DNA of 25,210 nucleotides from a virus. This document shows, one piece after another, positions 6,630 to 12,397 of this stretch. The position numbers were made by a program, and so were the translations under genes. Under the pieces are notes generated by a model that was not told the DNA's origin, ran no database searches, and was given only the letters and a program-made list of their open reading frames with translations. Positions within the stretch are counted from its first letter, which is position 1. Each line of letters starts with the position of its first letter. Location of the stretch: IMG/VR virus record IMGVR_UViG_3300009431_001072; one strand, given 5' to 3'.

Positions 6630-6710
6630 GGCTGCATACAGCACACTAACTTTGGTTAAAACAACGTCTCGAAAACGTTCGAAATGGTTCAAACCCATAC
6701 AAATGCAGCC
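6630..6710 (+). ncRNA. structured RNA unit 3 (terminal helix + AUACAGCAC motif; degenerate non-permuted cloverleaf)
   Basis: GGCTGCAT (6630-6637) pairs with ATGCAGCC (6703-6710). CAGCAC at 6639-6644. Three internal hairpins: TAAC-TTTG-GTTA (6647-6658), AACGT-CTCGAAA-ACGTT (6663-6679) and ATGG-TTCAAAC-CCAT (6684-6698). Confidence 0.55.
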
Positions 6711-6724
6711 TGTAGAAATTAATT

Positions 6725-6783
6725 GGGTTACTTACAGCACTTTAAAAGCACATCACTGTTAATGACAAACGCTAATGTAACCC
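6725..6783 (+). ncRNA. structured RNA unit 4 (terminal helix + UUACAGCAC motif)
   Basis: GGGTTAC (6725-6731) pairs with GTAACCC (6777-6783). Motif TTACAGCAC at 6732-6740. Confidence 0.55.
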
Positions 6784-6797
6784 GGAATTTATAAAAA

Positions 6798-6826
6798 ATT
6801 CATGTTTCGCCTCACGAAAGATGAAT
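6798..6826 (+). other. imperfect 11-bp hairpin between units 4 and 5
   Basis: ATTCAT-G-TTTCG, loop CCTCA, CGAAA-G-ATGAAT, with a single G.G mismatch. Role unknown (spacer structure or processing site). Confidence 0.35.
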
Positions 6827-6894
6827 GGCTACATACAGCACCACAAATACTTGATGATGATTAATTCATAATCACGGGGAAGCTTGCCGTAGCC
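6827..6894 (+). ncRNA. structured RNA unit 5 (terminal helix + AUACAGCAC motif)
   Basis: GGCTAC (6827-6832) pairs with GTAGCC (6889-6894). Motif ATACAGCAC at 6833-6841. Internal TGATTA-ATTCA-TAATCA hairpin. Confidence 0.55.
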
Positions 6895-6919
6895 TGAAAA
6901 TAGTGCGGACTGCCCCAAA

Positions 6920-6941
6920 TTGTAAAAAATTGGTATAAGAA
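6920..6941 (+). promoter_or_regulatory. promoter-like motif TTGTAAAAAATTGGTATAAGAA upstream of tmRNA
   Basis: Second copy of the 22-nt motif at 6326-6347. The TATAAG hexamer ends 47 nt before the tmRNA 5' end. Confidence 0.35.
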
Positions 6942-6986
6942 ATGTACGTATGGCTCTATGAAAGAGTCTTTTCAGACTAAAAATAT

Positions 6987-7341
6987 GGGGATGAAATGGT
7001 TTCGATACATATTGAAGTTTACAGATGGCATTCTGAGGTCCTGGTTCCTCACTAATCTTCCGGGAAACAAATTTAAACGCAGATAACTATGCGTATGCAA
7101 TGGCTGCCTAGTTTGGCTGCCCGTGTTGTTTGAGTCTCGCCTATCAGGCTTTAACAATACGACGACTTTGATGGGATAGTTCTTTTATTTGTCTGAGGTA
7201 AAAGAGCGAAACTAAATCAGACTGGCTTTCTTCGAAGTTTTGTTTGTTGTGCTTCAGGGAGTGAAATTGAACAACAAACTAAGTATGTAGAGGTCTGTAA
7301 AAGTTAACATGTAGACTTCGGTTCAAATCCGAACATCTCCA
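6987..7341 (+). ncRNA. ssrA: tmRNA (transfer-messenger RNA), one-piece
   Basis: 5' end GGGGATGAAATGGTTTCGA matches the canonical tmRNA 5' end (GGGGNUGA...GGUUUCGA). Acceptor GGGGATG/CATCTCC includes the G3.U70 alanine identity pair and discriminator A (7341). T arm TTCGG-TTCAAAT-CCGAA. An internal tag ORF is present. The 355-nt length is typical. Confidence 0.92.
7079..7111 (+). other. tmRNA tag-peptide reading frame: ADNYAYAMAA*
   Basis: GCA GAT AAC TAT GCG TAT GCA ATG GCT GCC TAG. It has a GCA resume codon after an A/U-rich leader and ends in hydrophobic-Ala-Ala, like the E. coli tag ANDENYALAA. Confidence 0.8.
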
Positions 7342-7453
7342 CAATCTTGTCAGTAACTGTTGGTAAATTTTTTAACTTATTTCTATCAGCAGAGTCTTTG
7401 GCGTAACAGCACACCGGATTTGTAATTTATATTTAACTTCAGGAGGAAAATAA

Positions 7454-7795
7454 GTGATTGAAAAATTAGCGAAAACTTTGTACGAGGTGGGAATGATCAA
7501 GAAATTGGCAAAAATTTTGTACGAAGTGGAAACATGGTCTAGCAGGTTAGAAACAAGTAAACACCCTTGGGATTGGATTATGCACTTCACCGGTTGTCTT
7601 TTATTAGTAATCACCGGATTAGCATCATGGTTAGGGGCAGCTCTAATAGCTGTTTACATTGAGTATGTCCAGAAGAGTCAGGTATGGTACAATAACCTGA
7701 CTTGGGAAGTTTACTTACGGGAGCATTCAATTGGTGATTTAATTGCTGATGCCTTAGGTATTATAGCAGCTATAGTGCTGTTGTGGATATTTTAG
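7454..7795 (+). CDS. small membrane protein with an N-terminal 13-aa tandem duplication
   Basis: GTG start 7 nt after AGGAGG. IEKLAKTLYEVGM / IKKLAKILYEVET is encoded by diverged 39-nt tandem repeats (7457-7495 and 7496-7534). Hydrophobic segments LLLVITGLASWLGAALIAVYI and ALGIIAAIVLLWIF. Confidence 0.7.
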   Translation: MIEKLAKTLYEVGMIKKLAKILYEVETWSSRLETSKHPWDWIMHFTGCLLLVITGLASWLGAALIAVYIEYVQKSQVWYNNLTWEVYLREHSIGDLIADALGIIAAIVLLWIF

Positions 7796-7813
7796 TAACA
7801 AGTTTTTATCCTC

Positions 7814-7858
7814 CTCATCGATAGTATCGATGAGCCCCGAATAGCCCGAGCTATCGGG
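7814..7858 (+). other. two consecutive GC-rich hairpins preceding the terminator
   Basis: CTCATCGAT-AGT-ATCGATGAG (7814-7834) is a perfect 9-bp stem. CCCGA(A)TAGC-CCGA-GCTATCGGG (7836-7858) is a 9-bp stem with one bulge. Confidence 0.5.
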
Positions 7859-7861
7859 TCG

Positions 7862-7900
7862 GCCAGGCGGTATCCGGATACTTCCTGGCTATTTTTTTTT
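7862..7900 (+). terminator. rho-independent terminator
   Basis: GCCAGG (7862-7867) pairs with CCTGGC (7884-7889), with the inner palindrome GTATCCGGATAC between them. A T9 run follows at 7892-7900. Confidence 0.8.
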
Positions 7901-7956
7901 GGAACAATAAACAGATAATAAAGTTTAATAATGGAGTGTTACGGAGAAAAAAGTAC

Positions 7957-8991
7957 ATGACAAAATTTACAAAATTTTCTGCGATTGAAAATACCTATAG
8001 GGAAAAGACTATCAATCTTATAATTGAAGCAGGGCTAGAAAGTAATGAATGGTTTGTCTCTGAGAAAGTCCATGGAGCAAATTTTTCAATCTGGGTTGAT
8101 AGTGAAGGTAACATAAAGTTCGCGAAGAAAAGTGGGTTTATCTCTGGAAATGAAAATTTCTATAATCATACAAATGTAATTTCAGAATTGGACGACATTG
8201 GCAAACAAGTTTTGTCAGAAGCAGTATCGTATATTGGAGAAGATATCCATAGTTTAGCTATATATGGCGAGTATGCTGGAGGTACCTACCCTCACGAAGA
8301 TGTAGATAAAGTTGGTACTGCTAAGAAAGTCCAAAAAGGAGTCTACTACCATCCAGGAAACATTTTTTACGGTTTCGATATCAAAGTTAACGGATTATAC
8401 CTTAATCCGGATGTAACAAATTACATCTTTTCGGAGATTGAGTCTCCAATATTTTGTTATGCTAAGGATTTGTACGCAGGAGATCTTAAAGGTTGTCTAG
8501 AGTATCCTAATGATAAACCTTCACTTATTCACGAAGAGTTTAATTTACCAGCTATAGAAGATAATATCATGGAAGGCGTGGTAATAAAACCAGCCATTAC
8601 CTCATTCCTTGGAAATGGTAACCGTGTTATCCTCAAGAATAAAAACGCAAAGTTTGCAGAGAGGGAGCGAGGTATAAAAACACCGAAAGCACCGATTAGA
8701 TTATCTGAATCAGCGGATACACTATTGCAAGCTATAAGAGTTTATATAACAGAAAATCGTTTAAGAAATATAATTTCCCACGAAGGTACATTTACTCAAA
8801 AGGACTTTGGTAAATTGCAAGGACTATTTATCAAAGATACCCTCAAGGACGCATTAAAGGAAGACACTGTTACCAATATCAGCGAATCCCTGGAGAAAAA
8901 TGAGAGGAGAATAGTTAATAGAATAATAGGCAGAGAAGCTGCGGTACTGATTAGAACAAATTGGCTAAATATCATCGACGGAGGTTTTTGA
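7957..8991 (+). CDS. rnlB: RNA ligase 2 (T4 Rnl2-type, nick-sealing)
   Basis: The N-terminus MTKFTKFSAIENTY...WFVSEKVHGANFS parallels T4 Rnl2 (MFKKYSSLENHY...WVAREKIHGTNFS), including the motif I lysine. Also EGVVIKP, NGNRVILKNKNAKF and TENRL..I....G....DFGKL.GLF.KD. ATG 7957 is preferred over the track GTG at 7936. Confidence 0.9.
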   Translation: MTKFTKFSAIENTYREKTINLIIEAGLESNEWFVSEKVHGANFSIWVDSEGNIKFAKKSGFISGNENFYNHTNVISELDDIGKQVLSEAVSYIGEDIHSLAIYGEYAGGTYPHEDVDKVGTAKKVQKGVYYHPGNIFYGFDIKVNGLYLNPDVTNYIFSEIESPIFCYAKDLYAGDLKGCLEYPNDKPSLIHEEFNLPAIEDNIMEGVVIKPAITSFLGNGNRVILKNKNAKFAERERGIKTPKAPIRLSESADTLLQAIRVYITENRLRNIISHEGTFTQKDFGKLQGLFIKDTLKDALKEDTVTNISESLEKNERRIVNRIIGREAAVLIRTNWLNIIDGGF

Positions 8992-9482
8992 TGAATACAT
9001 TTGATAAAGCCCGTAGTATTAAGGACCTAAATACGTTATATGATTTCATTACAGAGCTTTCTTTAAATAAAGACTCTCCGGTTAGAAATGTAGCAGCGGC
9101 AGCCATTGCAACTGTATTCACGCTAAAACAGGAGAACATATTCAATCTAGCAGATTATCAAATCTCTGAAGTGATGTGGTTATTTATCGATAACCTTACA
9201 TCTGAAAAAGACAAAAATATTATAACCACGACTCTTGAAACTAGAAAAACTTTGTTCCCTAAACCAGGACAACCGGGAATAGTCATTTCCCCAGAAATTT
9301 TTAATCTAATCCAAAAAGAAGCAGAAAATCTTTTAAAACTCCATCACGACGCAGTAGACTCTGAAAGAAAATATTGGGAATCGCTTGTGAAGGGCGTTGT
9401 TCCGAAAGGAATAACGGTGAGTGAAGAAATAAATGAAGAAATAAATGAAGAAGTAAGTAAAGAAGTAAATAAAGATAAGTAG
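8991..9482 (+). CDS. hypothetical protein with acidic C-terminal repeat (EEINEEINEEVSKEVNK)
   Basis: ATG 8991 overlaps the rnlB stop (TGATG) and lies 8 nt after GGAGG. The track TTG start at 8961 is less likely. Confidence 0.7.
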   Translation: MNTFDKARSIKDLNTLYDFITELSLNKDSPVRNVAAAAIATVFTLKQENIFNLADYQISEVMWLFIDNLTSEKDKNIITTTLETRKTLFPKPGQPGIVISPEIFNLIQKEAENLLKLHHDAVDSERKYWESLVKGVVPKGITVSEEINEEINEEVSKEVNKDK

Positions 9483-9536
9483 ACATATTTAATAACCCCG
9501 CCAATTAATTGGCATTAATTTATCAAAGAGGTACAT

Positions 9537-9893
9537 ATGTATTTAGAACAAGACGAACGCACTAGAAGACAAGAAGTCCCATATGTTGCGTACAAAGTAG
9601 ATGACGCAGTTGTGGTAGAAATGAACGTTCCCGGCTATACCGCTGATGATATTGAAGTGAAAGCCACAAAAAAGATAGTCCAAGTTTTTGGCACTCCTAA
9701 CAAAAATGTAGCCAAAGGACGCTGGACCAATGGATTCTATGTTTCGCTGCCAATCACAGAGGAAGACAAAATCGAAACTAATGGTGAAAATGTCGGAGTC
9801 AATTTAACTAATGGTATTCTTACCTTAACCTTTCCGGTTGCCGAGGAACACCGTAGTACAACACTTACGATCACAGAAGGTCAGCAGGAATAA
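9537..9893 (+). CDS. small heat-shock protein (Hsp20 / alpha-crystallin domain)
   Basis: VVVEMNVPGYTADDIEVKATKKIVQVFG...FYVSLPI...I......NGILTLTFP follows the alpha-crystallin domain pattern (dlPG..kedI.V.....L.I.G...F.r...LP......i.A...nGvL.i..P). Confidence 0.8.
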   Translation: MYLEQDERTRRQEVPYVAYKVDDAVVVEMNVPGYTADDIEVKATKKIVQVFGTPNKNVAKGRWTNGFYVSLPITEEDKIETNGENVGVNLTNGILTLTFPVAEEHRSTTLTITEGQQE

Positions 9894-9930
9894 CTGATAC
9901 AAGTGTAGTTGATTAAGAAAGTATACTTAC

Positions 9931-9967
9931 AAGGAGTGGGTGCAACATACCACTCCTTGAATTTTTT
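9931..9967 (+). terminator. rho-independent terminator
   Basis: AAGGAGTGG (9931-9939) pairs with CCACTCCTT (9950-9958), followed by GAATTTTTT. Confidence 0.75.
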
Positions 9968-9986
9968 AGAAAGCTAAGGGAAATTT

Positions 9987-10478
9987 ATGAAACATCTTCA
10001 TGTTCATATCGATGGTAGCTGTAAGGGGAACCCCGGTCCGGGTGGTGTAGGGATAGTCTTTGTAGAACCAGATACTAACAAAATATTGGCTGAAAAATGC
10101 TTCGGTTATGAGCTTTCTACAAATAATCGAATGGAGCTTCTTGCTGCTATACACTCTCTAGATCTCTTAGTAAAAAGAGGGAAACCAATAAAAGTAGTCA
10201 AAATTTTCAGCGACTCAACCTATTTAGTTTTTCCTTTAACAAAAGGTTGGCTAACAGAATGGGAAAAAACTAATTTTAGAAAAAAAGCAAATTCGGACCT
10301 TTGGATAGTATTCATACTGTTACTGAAAGAAGTAAAAGAATTAGTAGAAACTATCGAGTTCCATTGGGAGGAAGGGAAAGTATCGGCAGAAAATCTTGCC
10401 GCAGATAATTTGGCAAAAAAAGCAACTGAATTAAAAATCTTAAAAAGAGATACCGGCTATGAAAAAAGAAATGAATGA
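9987..10478 (+). CDS. rnhA: ribonuclease HI
   Basis: HIDGSCKGNPGPGGVGIV, TNNRMELLAAIHSL, SDSTYL, DLW and ADNLAKKA align with E. coli RNase HI, including the catalytic Asp/Glu/Asp positions. Confidence 0.9.
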   Translation: MKHLHVHIDGSCKGNPGPGGVGIVFVEPDTNKILAEKCFGYELSTNNRMELLAAIHSLDLLVKRGKPIKVVKIFSDSTYLVFPLTKGWLTEWEKTNFRKKANSDLWIVFILLLKEVKELVETIEFHWEEGKVSAENLAADNLAKKATELKILKRDTGYEKRNE

Positions 10479-10556
10479 AAGATACAGCCATTACAGAGCA
10501 AGCATAGATGAAAAAAGAAATGAATGAAAGATACAGCCATTACAGAGCAAGCATAG
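10459..10556 (+). repeat. perfect 2 x 49-bp tandem duplication spanning the rnhA 3' end and the next gene's start
   Basis: ATGAAAAAAGAAATGAATGAAAGATACAGCCATTACAGAGCAAGCATAG occurs at 10459-10507 and again, identically, at 10508-10556. Confidence 0.95.
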
Positions 10557-10783
10557 ATGAGGAACGATTTAATGTGTTTGTGGAAGACTTAAAAGGCAAA
10601 GGCCATACGATACCAAAAAATGTTAATGCAATAACCAGGTGTGGTTTAGAAACTCAACTTGGAGAAGATAAAGGTATCGTGGTCCACGCAGAAGGATTTG
10701 CATTTTGCAATGCTAAAGACCAATTTTGTCGAAAACGGGGAAGACATATAGCCTTAGGCCGAGCACAGAAATTATTGGCTTAA
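10508..10783 (+). CDS. phage N4 gp49 / Sf6 gp66-like family protein (tentative)
   Basis: The C-terminal GFAFCNAKDQFCRKRGRHIALGRAQ resembles that family's signature (g.A.CnP.D.F....G..IA..RA). The start lies in the second copy of the 49-bp duplication. Confidence 0.5.
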   Translation: MKKEMNERYSHYRASIDEERFNVFVEDLKGKGHTIPKNVNAITRCGLETQLGEDKGIVVHAEGFAFCNAKDQFCRKRGRHIALGRAQKLLA

Positions 10784-10790
10784 AATAGCA

Positions 10791-10835
10791 GTAGTCCGGA
10801 TTAACACCCGGACTACAACTATTGAAATTTTTTTT
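10791..10835 (+). terminator. terminator-like hairpin with distal T-run
   Basis: GTAGTCCGG (10791-10799) pairs with CCGGACTAC (10808-10816). The T8 run at 10828-10835 is 11 nt from the stem, so it is not canonical. Confidence 0.45.
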
Positions 10836-10867
10836 ATTTAAAAAATGAAAAACCGAGAAAAATAAAG

Positions 10868-11587
10868 ATGAGAGGAAACTTAGCATTACTTCACCCAAAA
10901 TATTTAGATAATAAAGGGTTAGTGTGGATTTGGCGAGAGGGTATATACTATTATCGTGCTTTTGCTTCGCCATTTAGTAAATATCGTAAATTCAGATATC
11001 GCTATGGCGTCAAATGTATACGTGAGTCTTGTGCTCCGAGAGTTGCCATTGCTAACTACTTATATTATATATGGAAAGAAGCAATAGGCCGAGGTTTGAA
11101 ATTTAATAAACAATTGATGAACCGAAGTAAACCTGATTTAAGTGTTAATCTAAGATTAGAAGTAGATGGGGAAACTGTCGCTGTGTGTGCTTACGAAACA
11201 ACGGTTAACTTAATAGGCAGAGGCAAAGAAGACGCTACGATACGATATAACTATCTAAAAAATGAGCCATTATTGCAAGTACATCCGTTATTTCGCGTAA
11301 TAAAAAATGAAGATTATTTAGAAAATTGGTGGAAAAAATATGAAGAAAGAACTACAAGAAGCGTCACAGTTAGTGGAACTTATTCAATTAATGGAACCTA
11401 CCCAGACGGTGCCGTGTATGCGGTTGATACAGAACCACAAACAAACTCAGCTGTTAGGTACTATACTACATCAGATCCCACAGGATCCCCATATATTAAT
11501 ATTGAAGGGACTGCCGGGATGCGGGAAAACGACGTGGGCCAAAGATTTACAATCTCGTCAAGCACAGCGGGGTCATCGTCTATATAA
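10868..11587 (+). CDS. pyrimidine-dimer DNA glycosylase-like protein (T4 DenV / Pyr_excise family) with an S/T/G-rich C-terminal extension
   Basis: MRGNLALLHPKYLDNKGLVWIWREG..., ...YLYYIWKEAIGRGLKF... and ...HPLFRVIKNEDYLENWW match the bacterial Pyr_excise pattern (MR.w.LHPkYLD.kGLvA.WRE...). About the last 80 aa (from nt 11340) have no match and overlap the next gene. Confidence 0.7.
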   Translation: MRGNLALLHPKYLDNKGLVWIWREGIYYYRAFASPFSKYRKFRYRYGVKCIRESCAPRVAIANYLYYIWKEAIGRGLKFNKQLMNRSKPDLSVNLRLEVDGETVAVCAYETTVNLIGRGKEDATIRYNYLKNEPLLQVHPLFRVIKNEDYLENWWKKYEERTTRSVTVSGTYSINGTYPDGAVYAVDTEPQTNSAVRYYTTSDPTGSPYINIEGTAGMRENDVGQRFTISSSTAGSSSI

Positions 11588-12380
11588 AAGAATCAACAAA
11601 GACGAAATCAGGGCAATGCTTGATGATTCACGTTTTTCAGGTGGAAATGAAAGGCTTGTTTTAAAAACAAGGAATAAACTCCTGACAGACTTTTTAAAAA
11701 GAGGGTACAATGTAATCATCGATGACACAAACTTGCATCCTAAACATGAAAAGACAGTGGTTACAATCGTTAGGAAATTATTTCCAAAAGTATCTGTTAT
11801 CACAGTCGATTTCACTGAAATGTCACTAGATGTCTGTATCGAAAGAGACTTAGCACGTAAAAGTTTACCTTCCGGTTATGTAGGCAAGAAAATAATATTG
11901 GATATGTATCGTAGATATGTAAGGAAACCATTTAATACAGTGATCCAAGACGAGAATCTACCGAAGGCTATCATTGTTGATATTGACGGAACTCTTGCAA
12001 ATTGTAGTCATCGTAGCCCATATGATACTGAGAAATGCTTAGATGATAAGTTAATACTGCCCGTGTACCAAGCAGTTCTCGCTATGAGTTCATGTGTAAA
12101 TAATATTATTTATTTATCTGGGAGAGAAGACAAGTATGAAGATCTCACTAGAAAATGGCTAGAGAAACATAAAATAGATTTTGAACTCTTATATATGCGA
12201 GCCGAAGGCGACACTCGCCCGGATTGGATAATAAAGAAAGAATTGTTTTACAAACATATTAAAGATAAACATAACATCTTATTTGTAATAGACGACCGAC
12301 CACAAGTTAGAAAGATGTGGGTAAAAGAAGGAATATTTGTCTTTAATGTCTATCAAGATTTATATCAAGCTGAATTTTAA
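11340..12380 (+). CDS. pseT: polynucleotide 5'-kinase / 3'-phosphatase (T4 PseT-like Pnkp)
   Basis: P-loop ILILKGLPGCGKTTWA. HAD phosphatase motifs IIVDIDGTLA (DxDxT), LSGR and VIDDR. The start is uncertain: the P-loop begins about 57 aa after ATG 11340, and an alternative in-frame ATG lies at 11418. Confidence 0.85.
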   Translation: MKKELQEASQLVELIQLMEPTQTVPCMRLIQNHKQTQLLGTILHQIPQDPHILILKGLPGCGKTTWAKDLQSRQAQRGHRLYKRINKDEIRAMLDDSRFSGGNERLVLKTRNKLLTDFLKRGYNVIIDDTNLHPKHEKTVVTIVRKLFPKVSVITVDFTEMSLDVCIERDLARKSLPSGYVGKKIILDMYRRYVRKPFNTVIQDENLPKAIIVDIDGTLANCSHRSPYDTEKCLDDKLILPVYQAVLAMSSCVNNIIYLSGREDKYEDLTRKWLEKHKIDFELLYMRAEGDTRPDWIIKKELFYKHIKDKHNILFVIDDRPQVRKMWVKEGIFVFNVYQDLYQAEF

Positions 12381-12397
12381 TTGTAAGGATTTAACCT

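Noticed and set aside
6395-6894. CRISPR array interpretation of the repeated units
   Set aside because: The only shared sequence is a 9-nt motif. The flanking helices differ in sequence and pair within each unit, and unit lengths range from 57 to 132 nt. This does not fit direct repeats with spacers.
6972-7157. 61-aa minus-strand ORF
   Set aside because: It lies entirely antisense within the tmRNA gene.
7400-7412. Sixth copy of the motif (GGCGUAACAGCAC) just upstream of gene 7454
   Set aside because: The CAGCAC core is present, but I found no complementary ACGCC partner downstream before the coding region. It may be a degenerate unit or chance, so it is not called as a feature.
7372-7614. 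80-aa minus-strand ORF with internal repeat PTSYKVFANF
   Set aside because: Its repeat is simply the reverse-complement reading of the + strand 39-nt tandem duplication in gene 7454-7795, which has a strong AGGAGG RBS.
7936-7956. Upstream alternative starts proposed by the ORF track (7936 GTG; also 493, 8961, 13176, 20194, 22232)
   Set aside because: In each case a downstream ATG with a better RBS, stop-start coupling, or agreement with the homolog's N-terminus (for example the T4 Rnl2 and Rnl1 alignments) is more plausible. The coordinates were adjusted accordingly.
9423-9446. 12-nt tandem repeat GAAGAAATAAAT x2
   Set aside because: It lies within the coding sequence and simply encodes the EEINEEIN acidic low-complexity tail of ORF 8991-9482. 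It is not an independent element.
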